Origin: Lingula anatina
Lineage: Eukaryota > Animalia > Brachiopoda
DNA length: 64,000 bases
Assembly (NCBI GenBank): GCA_051362555.1
Contig: CM120644.1
Location: 23,148,534-23,212,533, forward strand
Direction: 5' to 3'
Shown: piece after piece, positions 53,250-64,000 of the stretch
Position numbering within the stretch: position 1 is the first letter of the stretch
How the letters are laid out: every line of letters starts with the position of its first letter
Notes under the pieces: generated by a model
Seen by the model: only the letters and a program-made list of their open reading frames with translations
What the model was told of the DNA's origin: nothing
Database searches by the model: none
Made by a program: the position numbers and the translations under genes

Positions 53250-55128
53250 TTATGTTCGTTCAGGTAACAAGAAAGGTCTCCATGGCGGCAGACCAGGTGG
53301 ATCGGGTGGGTTCAAGTCGTCATAGTCGTTGGCCGCGTCCCCATTGTAGTCTCCGCAGATTCCACGTACCCCCAGGGCAGAGGCGCAATGTTTGCCAGTC
53401 ATTTCTATCTCAACCGTGTGCAGGTAGACACTGACAGTCATTGGAACTTCATGGCAACGTATAATGTACCCTCTAGGTGCAAGACTGTCCCCTGTAACAA
53501 GTCCACCAGCATATACGAAAGGTGTTTCAGTAATTTCGCCTGTGCCTCGGTTCTGGAAGGAAAATGCAAACGATGTTGTTGTTTTTTTTTTCTGAATCAC
53601 AGAAACAGTATAAACTACTGCAACATTTCTACAAGATAGGGTGGAACTAGGAAGATAGAAGTGGAATAGGGCTGGGGCTACATCGGACTCGGTTCGGGAA
53701 GGCAAATGCAAAACATTTTTAAAAAAATGCAATATTTATAATGAATAGCAAGCAGTTAATGAACAATATCGATTGCACTGCATTGAAATGAAATCCATAC
53801 GAGAGAGAGAGTGAAGGAGGGAGGGAGTGACAGCAAGGAACGTACTACATGGACTTAATAGGTGGGTTTAAAATGTGTTAACTGAATTGAAAACTAAAAG
53901 AAGGAAAAAGACTCACCCACAACGTCACAGTTGAGCCTAAATCGGCCACGAAGAATTCTTCAGAACACTTCACGTGTACTCGTTTGATGCGTGTTTTTGG
54001 TCCCCCGTTAAAGAGCTCCTGCTCCGTGGCCACCCACCAATAATTACCCGTCCACGACATGACCATGATGCCGAATTTCGTAACGACTGGTAGACTTATA
54101 GTTTGAACAGGAGTGTTATAACTGAAGTGCAGGCCGTCAAACGTCTTGTAGCGAACATCGCCCCGTGCCCAGCAAGTGGCATTCGGAACTAAATGAAAAG
54201 AGGATTCCAATTTTAAGTACATTATGCTGAAGGTATCAATGAATAAATATCTCAGCTTCAAATGCTTGAAATACTTATCTTAAGTTTGGTGTTCTGTTGG
54301 CTAAAGGGTTGTGAGAATAGTGGAAATGAAGCCGGCTTCTAAATTAAAATAAATAAATAAATAAATAAAATAAATAAATAAAATAAAATAAAATAATAAA
54401 AATAATAATAATAATAAAAGAAAAAAAGAAAAAAAAATCAACCGACATTTCAAACCTAACATAGGTTACATTTTCCGTGCTGCGTCCATGTAGCATACGA
54501 AATCGCACTAGTTCTAGGCCTGGATAAAATAAGAAATCCCCGTGTTGTGTGGTTCGTAAAATTAACTTTATTAAAAGTAAAACGTCGACACGAGGCAGAA
54601 TATATATATTTTATGTATATATTATGTTTTAATTACTCCTTAACTGTCGCACTGTCGTTAAGAGAGACAGAAGAATAACTTGATCCTGCAATCTCAAAAC
54701 TTATAGAAACATGTTTTCAATTTTTTGTCATGTTTGATTTTTAAATCCCTGAACAGGATAGAATGTAGGAAACAAATTCAATCATTTATCCATTGAGGAA
54801 ATCACATGTATGCTTAAAAGTAAATTGGCAAATAGAAGTTTTCAAGTTCATTTACTTCATAAAATATGTCTTTGTTTGCCATTATCAAATACGCAGAATA
54901 CTAAAATCAACGAGCTACTTAAAGGTGCGTTGCGTTTCTCTGGTATTAAAACTGTCATTTCTACTTACGTTCATAATAAACTTCAGGTGCCAAAGATTCG
55001 TTGCCTACAAGTGGTGCTATATTAGCTTCAATTTCATCAAATTCCTCGTCGTATACCGCCGCACTGGGCCCAACGCACTGGCAAATCAGCAGTATGGCCA
55101 CGACCAGGGAAATAAAATGTCGATCCAT
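53250..55128 (-). CDS. Small secreted single VWD-domain protein (~244-251 aa)
   Basis: Exons 55128-54969 (signal peptide MDRHFISLVVAILLICQCVGPSAA plus acidic segment), optional 54519-54499, 54188-53917 (ATCWARGDVRYKTFDG), 53552-53250 (GICGDYNGDAANDY, stop); phases are consistent. Confidence 0.82.
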
Positions 55129-55170
55129 GATGTCGGCAAGCAGCTGTGTCAGCAGTCGTCACTGTCAAGC

Positions 55171-55176
55171 TTTATA
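55171..55176 (-). promoter_or_regulatory. Candidate TATA box of the VWD gene
   Basis: TATAAA on the minus strand, 43 nt upstream of the ATG at 55128. Confidence 0.55.
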
Positions 55177-55552
55177 AGTCCTCGTGTTTATCAAATGTTC
55201 ATTACGACGGAACAGAAACTACCAATGAACGTTTTGATGAATATTAATGTTGACGTCATCAGAGTTTAAAAAATTGTTTACACTTGTCCCATGCCTTACT
55301 TTTATTTTCTTCTGTTTGTAGAATTCTGGAAAAGAGTCAAGGTGAAGATTTTAGTTGTTTATCTGAATCCTTATTCATACATGTACCCCCGGAATCTAGG
55401 TCAAAACACCTTTACCCTATTCTCATATGCAAGGATCCCAAACTAAATATATGTCGCATAGGTATGAAAGAGTGAAATAATTTTGGCTAGGTTGAATGCT
55501 TATTTTGTGGATTCTGGGAGAGTAAAATTGTTTGTATATTCACTGCTCATGT

Positions 55553-56346
55553 TACCCTAGGTTCCAGAATTCGGTATTGCCAGCTCGATCTTGATTTCGT
55601 ATATAACGTACAACAATGCTGACTCAATTCAGTATTACTAGCTCGATCTTGATTTCATACATAACGTACAACAATACTGACTCTAGCCACCAGAGGCATA
55701 CTGGGGGCGTATTCGGCAAAATTTTGCCTGGGGCGCTTCCATATTTGGAAGTCACGTGTCTCGTACCTTAAGGCTCCGTCCCGCCTGGAGCTGCCTTACC
55801 CGCCTTGAGCTGACGTCATCTCGTGCAGACGAGACAAAGAAGCATATTGGCTGACGCTAAGTTTGAAGTTTGAACTAAGAATTCCTTGCGATCGAAAATC
55901 AGTGTCAAAACACAAGCATCTTTCTGCTTTAAAAACTGATTTTTGGTGTAGCCCCACAGTCCTTATAGTGGTATCGGACATCCAGTGTAGCTGTCAAACT
56001 TGGCACACGGCAAGCACGTGTATTGTGTTAATATCTCCAGGAGCAAATGTTTTGATTAGCAAAATTATATTATATATTATATATTTTTAAATTCACATCT
56101 TAAATACAGTACATACATTTAATTAAATTAAGTAATTAGATTTTAAATACAGTAAATAAAATTAAATAAAGCAAAATTAAATAAGCTTTACGTTTCATTT
56201 TGAACTAATGAAATTCAACCGCAGATTCACGGCGGAGCAGTTCCTTTATTTGACGGATACTCAAGATTGCAGGGCCAATGTAAAGCTACCACAAGAAAAA
56301 GGGATATGTGATCAAGCTAGCTTTATAGTGCCCTGACACTCAGGGT
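55553..56346 (-). repeat. Dispersed repeat, copy B (inverted relative to 42311-43030)
   Basis: Long reverse-complement matches (e.g. TGACGTCATCTCGTG.AGACGAGACAAAGAAGCA, TTTCTGCTTTAAAAACTGATTTT). Confidence 0.75.
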
Positions 56347-57007
56347 AGCTCTTATTGGAATAAATTATCTCATCTAGTCATATATCTATGTAGAAGGTCC
56401 ACGTGTTTGTAGACTTTACAAATGCCCATTATTACTACACATGTAGTTCTTGTACCTTTTCTAGACACATATCAACTTCTCTTCACAATCAATAACTGTA
56501 AATCAATTATGCCAAATGTTTTTTTTTTAATGTTTTGAAATGTGTTTTATTTAAAAGTGAATAATAAGCCATTATTTTGAAAAAAAAGATTTTATTCCCC
56601 TGCTCTTTCTGCTTTTTTATGTATTTCTTGTATTAACGTACCCCCCCTCCCGCCTGTTACGGCCATCTGTTTTAAACACAGTACAAGTCTAGACTTGTCA
56701 CGTACAATGACAATTATTTTAAAGTTGCTGCACTAAAGATGTTAAATTTGAATTCACTTTTACTTCTAAGGATAGCCTCTCCAGACACTTTCAAAGATGT
56801 ACATGTATTTACAACATTTAAAAAAAGTATGAATATAACTTTTTAAAAATATTTGATGAACTTACATTTTCAATTCTGCATTATACATGTATAAAGATGT
56901 TTGTTTTAATCGACCTTTCCTCTTCTTTTACTGGCCTATTACGCTGTACATTCATATTTACATACATTGTGAAGTCTACTGAAAATAATTGGATTTAATG
57001 CTTAAAA

Positions 57008-57038
<31 letters not shown>

Positions 57039-58180
57039 ACAAATGAATTATTATTATCATTATTATTATTATTACTATTATTATTATTATCATCATTAAG
57101 TCAGAATCACCTGATTTGAACACTTGACTCTTAATCATATCTTTTTCTTTCCGGGTCAATTCTGTATTTGTTGAAGGGATGCACGTTTTGTATTAGCAAC
57201 AAAGATGTGTGTTGAGAGTTTCTAATTTGCCATGGCTCATGTAGCTTTACCCCCTTCCTTCCGTCACTTCGTTACGATACTTAATTAGCAAAATATATTT
57301 TTCCAACGGCCATATGCCAGCTGCCATATCTTTTTCTCGGAATATCTTAATTACTGTAAAGGCGTTGAGGTAAAAAATGATGAAAAAAGCAAAGATGCTG
57401 TATATTTAATGAAGTGATGGAGCAAGAAAGTTTCTATTTGCCAGTATAAGATTAACATAAAACCTCCTATGCCTAAATAATTAAATCACTTTTCCTACGT
57501 CCTATCTAATTCGACATATATGCTACAAGGTACGTGTCAAATGAATCACTGTATATATGGAAAATGAACGTTTAACTTTCATTAAATTCGTTTCAGATAT
57601 TATTTAAAATATAGTTTTAAAAGCAACCTGATGTTTTGGAGCAGAATGAGTCATAAATACGCCATATACATTTATCGTTTCTTTTATCTAGAATGTTATC
57701 ATGATAATTAACTTTCCTTGGCCACTGAATACATTTTATTATGCTGCCAGTCGCTTAGATTATTTTTTTCATAACTATAATAAGGCTATTTCTCAAAGAA
57801 ATCTCACTAAATGTATAATTCTGTCTGTCTTGAAATCGGTTTGGATATTCTTTGTTTAATTCCTCGTTATTAGTTGCCTCTTCCAAAACCTCCTACCATT
57901 TGTTATCAGCATCAGATCCTTTCTTCGGTTTATATATTTTCTTCACCTCGGGTAATAATACCACGAATCTCAGCGACATCACCGATAATACTTTACTATA
58001 TATATTCTTTTCGAGCATGTAATTTTTCATATAATTTGCCTTCATTAACGTCCACCTTATCTTACTTGTTTTACCTCCTGTACACGTCTCATTCTCCAAC
58101 ATCATCATCAATGTCATATTTATCCTTGGCACACTGACAGTGCTTTTTTCCCAAACTAATCTAATGACCGGCACATATGC

Positions 58181-58185
<5 letters not shown>

Positions 58186-58272
<87 letters not shown>
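58186..58272. repeat. (AAT)n-(ATT)n inverted microsatellite
   Basis: AAT run switching directly to an ATT run. Confidence 0.9.
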
Positions 58273-58274
<2 letters not shown>

Positions 58275-58953
58275 TCTAAACCACATTACACTACCGTCTC
58301 AGTGCTGTTTACAAGCAAAATTATCAGAATTACAAGTAATTTTATAAATAAAAAATGTTGAGCTGAAGAAAACAATTAAAATGATTAATGCTGGTTATAA
58401 TAGTAATCGTCTAAATAATAAAAGTTTCTCTGATACAATGAAAAAATATAAAATTTCAAGTTTTAAATTCCAATCTGAGTACTGTACAAATAAGAGTGTT
58501 TCCAAGTCTTCAACACTATCTACAGTAAAGTCCGAATGTGTGAGAGTACTGCATTCCATAAAACGGGTGCTGCGATTGAAAATGCCCTGTGGCCGGAGGT
58601 TTTAGTTATTTTATTTTTGTTATCATTCCTGGTGAAGCAAAGAGAGGAGGTGGATCTAGTGGACCTGGTGAGATTGGCTGAACTTGGATGTAGCACAGAG
58701 TTAAAATGTGATGGGCATTCACATCTGGTGAATTTAAAACAAACAGCAGTGATTTAAAAACAATTCTCTGTCGTACGTAGTTCGAATAAAATAGGTAAAG
58801 TGTATCTTAAATAGATGAAATGTATCTACCTTAAATTGATATTCTATTTTAGTATGATATTTTAATTCCACCATCCATCATCTGACTCTTCGTGGTATTT
58901 TGCCACACTAAATATTTGGTTTTTGGTTATGTTACACACACACACACACACAT

Positions 58954-58985
<32 letters not shown>

Positions 58986-59364
58986 TCGATCTGATGCGTT
59001 TATCAAAATCTCACATAAACAAAGTGCTATGAAGCGAGCATGCAATGCAACTTCTTTCTGTTCATGCATATGCATGGTGTATTCTACTCTTGGTTCTCAA
59101 ACACATCGTTAACCCATTGATTCAGCGCCATTTGTATCAAATTCCAAATTCCTAATCAGCTCACCTATCAAGAAGGACCTATTTATATGCATGTAGATTA
59201 CATCAAATCTACTATGCTTCCATCATCCTTCTTCCAATCCCCCCCCCCTTTTTATTTCAACTATTTAACAAATTAAAAATCATTCATTTTTTAACCCTAA
59301 ATCACACTCTGTGGCAAAATACAACATTTGAAATACAATTACTAAATTGCTCTATGACATGTGT

Positions 59365-59407
<43 letters not shown>

Positions 59408-60519
59408 TAAAGTCACCTTTAAAAGATGAATGAAAACAAAAAAAAAACGAATTAAGTAAATAAGTCAGAATGGGATGGAATAAAAAAAATACATAACGAT
59501 TACACAGCGTATGTTATGTGAAAATAAGAGCTTATACTAACTTGAAACGGAATAAAGAACGCTGTTCATGACAGTGAGTGAGTAGCCCCCCCCCCCCCAC
59601 ATGCACACAATCACTAACGAATGTCACTGTCTTGAAAATAGAGGCAGAGAACGCCATAAATATTGTAGTAGTATAAGCATCCTAAAGGTAGTAACGCAGC
59701 AAAACTTTTGTGTTCTTTAAAAAATATGATAATATATTGTAGCAAATTTAATACAATTTTAAATAATTGAAATGCATTTATTTCTAACATTCAGTTTTTT
59801 TTTGGTAGCCTCTCAAAGTTTTAAACCTCAAGGACACGTTTGGGGAACGCGTTTGAACGAGTCATGATGGACATTTACAGGTGTAGGACCAGTTCAGAGC
59901 TTCTTGTAAACAGTTTAGAACAAAGGGACCGAACTTGATTTGAGGACCGGAAGAGAGGCTTAACAAGTGTATCTAAAGGACAGTTAAAAGATTGTAATGT
60001 AGTCCCACAAGCATGTATTCCTTACATTGTCTGTCCTGAAGGCGACGTGTCTTCTAGTCTTGATGGATTCCGTGTCATTTTGTGAGCAAATTCCATGTTG
60101 CTCAGACTTTTTTTTTACCATAGGAGATCCGCCTTTCAAGCTGGGTCTCTCTCACCAGTGAGTGATTGGGTATAACATGAGAAACATGCATGATAAAGTC
60201 TCACGGTACGGTGAGGCAATGCTCATAACCCTACTGAACAGAGATTTAGCTAATTTAATAACAGTAGCACTAGTCTTTAGAATTTCTAAAAAAAAAAAAA
60301 AAGATTTGATGTACGAGATTTGGAAGAAACAGCCATGAATCTTGTAACAAATTTGTTTTGCAGCGTGTCCAATTCTTTCAGGTGTTTCTGAGACGTCCAA
60401 ATCGCGTCAGGGTATGGAGGTCCGGATAGCACGCGCCATTTAACAGAACTATAAATATGGAATGCTTTTGTTAAAGGGATAATAACTCTTTATATGAGAT
60501 CTATATTTCACAATAAATA

Positions 60520-62736
60520 ATAATATATAATAATAATATATTTATTTCAAGTCTAAAATCCATAAAATGTTCAATAGACTGTACAACATAAAATACAAAG
60601 AAGTTTATAGATAAAAAATGGTTAAGATATATTTTATATAAATAAGAGCTAAACTAACTTAATTGTAATAAACAGTAATTAAAAGTAAAAAATCCAAGGT
60701 TTCTTTAAAATTATAAAATTTAAGATTCATGAAATATGAATAAAATATGAGTTTTTAATTCCTTTTTAAAAGATTCTTGTGATTCTATTTGTCTAATAAA
60801 AATTGGCAACTTATTCCACTCTACTGGTGCAGCTACACAAAATGATATGTCACCATATGATTTTAACCTTGATTTTGGAACTTTCAGTAAAAGTTTGTCA
60901 CCAGACCTCAGGGATCTTTGAGGGCTATAATGTTTGACTAAATCAGTTATATATGGTGGAGCTAGATTATAAAAGCAGCATGTGTAAAAACTAAAACCTT
61001 AAATAAAATTCTGGCCCTAACTGGTAACCAGTGCAGATGCTTTAAAATTGGAGTGATATGGCAATCCCTAGGCTGTAGCATTAAAAGCCGTGCTGATATA
61101 TTCTGGATGCGTTGTAATTTTTTATCTTATCATCTGGACATCCATATAATATAGAATTGCAATAGTCTAGCCTGGAAGTTACCAATGAGTGTATAACAGT
61201 AGCAGCAGCAGATTGATTCAGATGTTTCCTTATGGTACCAATATTCCGAATGTTGAATAAACAAGACCTTGTGATGTTGGAGATCTGTTTGTCCATTGAA
61301 AGTGTAGAATCAAAGTATACTCCTAAATTTTTTACATGGGGGGAGGAAAATGCCATACTAGCTCCAATTTTAAGTTGCAAGTTATGAGCAAGGCCCTTGT
61401 TGTGGGGTTGAGTAATGACTAAAAATTCTGTTTTTCCATCATTTATCTTCAATTTGTTTGAAATTAGCCAACCTCTGAGGTCTGATATGCAATCAACAAT
61501 TGTGTTCACAGACAATGCTGGATCATGGATGTTACAAGATGTGTACAACTGGGTATCATCGGCATAAAAGTGGTAACCTATCTTATGATAACGCAGAATT
61601 GCTCCAAGGGGTAAGGTGTAAACACAAAACTTAAGCGGGCCAAGCACGCTCCCCTGAGGAACACCAAATAAAAGCTGTGAGAGTTCAGAAAGCACACCAT
61701 TTATATTAACTTGATGCATTCTCCCAACAAGATAGGATCGTAAAAGATCTAAGGCCTTATCTCTAACCCCTACACTCTGCTCTAGAAATGTCAATAAAAT
61801 ATTATGGTCTACTGTGTCAAACGCAGCAGACAAATCTAACAGTACCAATAACATAGCAGAATGTTTGTCAACACCACTTAACAAATCATTTTTAATTCTC
61901 AAAAGTGCAGATTCTGTGCTATGATTGAATTTGTAGGCTGACTGCATTTCCTCAACAAGATTGTTTGCTTCTAAATGCTTAAATAGTCTAACTGCTATAA
62001 CCCTTTCTACTACCTTAGATAAAAATGACAAATTGGAAACAGGACGATAGTTTACCAAAAGATCCGTGTCAAGGTTGTCCTTTTTGAGTAGTGGGCGAAT
62101 TATTGCAGATTTAAACTTTTTTGGAAAAACACCCACAGTGAAACATTTGTTGATAATTTCCACAATCAAAGTTATTACAGCCGGAAGAATCTGAACCAAT
62201 AATGATGATGGGATCGGGTCTAACATGCATGATGTCTTTTTGGAACTGTTTATTATCTTTGTTACTTCACAAGTGGTTGTTGGTTCAAATATAGTGATGA
62301 GTGACTGCGGTTCTTGTAAAAGTTCTGACAAAGGTGGATGCGATGGTGTAGTCACAGTCTTTCCTAATTCAGAAAGTTCAGCGTTGATATTACTGACTTT
62401 AGACACGAAAAAGTCACTCATGTTATTTGCAAGATCTTTCACTGAATCTGTTTTGGGGTACTTAGAGCAATTAGTTTTTCCCAGAATAGTGTTGACAGTT
62501 CTAAATAAAGCCTTGGTATCACCATCACATTCTTGTATCATGTTAGAATAATACGTTTCTTTAGCTTGACAGATTAATTTGTTTACATGACAACATGCTT
62601 CTTTATAGATCTGATGATGAACAGTTAATTTATTACCTCGCCACTTCCTCTCCGCTTTCCTTCTGTCTCTCTTTGCCTCCAGAATGTGATCATTCATCCA
62701 AGGTTGCAGATCTTTCTTAACAAACATTGGTAACAA
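60520..62736 (-). mobile_element. L2/CR1-like LINE, 5'-truncated, RT largely intact
   Basis: NYRPVSNLSFLSKVVE, LLDLSAAFDTVDH, GVPQGSVLGP, FYADDTQLY; one frameshift near 61115; TAA-rich tail at ~60515-60545. Confidence 0.93.
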
Positions 62737-63020
62737 CCCGCACAAAAATGCAGTAGTATCGAAGTAGCAAAGAAGCATTAACGCAGTAGTGGTGTGGAGC
62801 ATATTTGCAGTAGAAATGCAGTATAGCCTACTGCAATTCTACTCAAAAAATTACATAGGGTTGTACAGAGGAGGAGCATTAATGCAGTAGATTAGCAGCA
62901 TGATAGAAGCATGTTTCAAATATGCTAATTAGCTCCCAAATCGAAGCAGATTTGAAGCATGTTTGCAGTATGATTGCAGTAGTCTACTGCGCTGGAGCAT
63001 CTACTTCGTTTTCGTGCGGG
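62737..63020 (-). mobile_element. CCCGCACG MITE, copy 3
   Basis: Same family as 31928 and 33168; 2-bp AA duplication. Confidence 0.82.
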
Positions 63021-63034
63021 AACTTATACAAATA

Positions 63035-64000
63035 CAGACTTGACATTTAATATGGAATATTTTTTTCAAAATCATTTTTCATCAGTTTTTTCCTATTTTG
63101 CAGACTGATAAATGAAAATAAGGATTAAAATCGTGTTTTAATAACTTTTAATTATCTCTTTGATGTCATTGTGACATCAGTTCATTAATGGAATTCGCCA
63201 GAGAAGCAAACAAAAACACATTGCCTATTCTATGTCATACGACAACCATTAAAAGGGATATTTTGGACCTCCATATTTTCCAAATTATTGTCTGTAAAGG
63301 AGTTAAACGCTCCACAAAGGACCCTCATGTCAGTGTCTAGTCACAGTAACGGTCGCTGTTACGCCTGACTTCTTCTGGCTGCTACCAGCGCTCTCAAGTG
63401 GCACGGCATTCCTTGGGATAGGTTTTTAAAGTTCAATCTGGAATAACATTCCAGGCATCGGTCAAAATCTGCCCAATTTGGTCCAGTTTTGTTGTAGGAC
63501 ATGTAAGCCATTGATTCGGAGAGTAATGGCCTACCCACATATTGTCTATGTGGCTCAAATATGGCGATTTTGATGACCAAGGTAGCTGCTTATTCCCTTG
63601 GTTCTGTAAGTAAACTGCTATTAAAAGTGCTCTGTGTGAACTGGCAATCTCACCGTGCAACCTAAAATTGTTCCTAAGTTGTCCCCTATCAAATGAAAGC
63701 AAAGTGTTTCCCAGACTATTTCTTTATTTCATCTGGTTCAGGTTTTCGTCGATGACTACCATTGGTGTTTTGGCACCAATGTGGTATCCACTCCAAATAC
63801 AGACGCTGTTAATGACCTTAGTCACTTTAGAAGCGGCACACGCTTCGTCAATGGCCTCTTCTGGATGTCTGTAAACTCTGTTTTGACTAGTTGAGCGGTG
63901 CAGGTGAAATCTGACCTCAATAAAGAAAGCCATGAGATTTCAGTGTTCGACCCAGAAACAGTCAAGGTACCCAATTCAATAGAGAAACATACAACGATGT
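63035..64000 (-). mobile_element. Second copy of the Tc1/mariner family at 29566, running off the window
   Basis: TA|CAGACTTGACATTTAATATGGAATATT TIR; transposase remnant LPWSSKSPYLSHIDN. Confidence 0.9.

Noticed and set aside
54793-55269. 158-aa plus-strand ORF
   Set aside because: Antisense to exon 1 of the VWD gene and has no recognisable motif.
59840-60440. Moderately GC-rich segment with a short ORF
   Set aside because: One frame reads like a decayed LINE C-terminus (IWTSQKHLKELDTLQNKF) with frameshifts; no exon structure.
62737-62802. Hydrophobic N-terminus (MLHTTTALMLLCYF) on the 573-aa RT ORF
   Set aside because: It comes from the adjacent CCCGCACG MITE (same peptide at 32146) and is a chance in-frame join to a truncated LINE.

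Overview
AT-rich, intron-containing eukaryotic genomic DNA; gene content and repeat types suggest a marine invertebrate, probably a lophotrochozoan such as a mollusc (inference). Four spliced genes were reconstructed by hand from GT/GC-AG junctions and codon phase. (1) 796-14603 (+): the 3' part of a DMBT1-like membrane protein (SRCR, EGF, Ser/Thr linkers, VWA, ZP, TM) containing an exon-derived 87-bp tandem array. (2) 17118-21818 (-): a complete 10-exon, 634-aa ORF that fuses a tankyrase/PARP-type ADP-ribosyltransferase domain (H-Y-E triad) to a caspase domain with intact catalytic motifs (SHG, QACQG). This is the standout finding. (3) 43854-50479 (+): a CYP3-clan cytochrome P450 whose heme-binding motif is removed by a frameshifting deletion. 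(4) 53250-55128 (-): a small secreted single-VWD-domain protein. The rest is dense transposon material (L2/CR1-like, Tx1/L1-like and RTE-X-like LINEs; Tc1/mariner, TTAA-type, Harbinger-, EnSpm- and hAT-like MITEs) plus microsatellites. All gene models are manual and lack transcript support.
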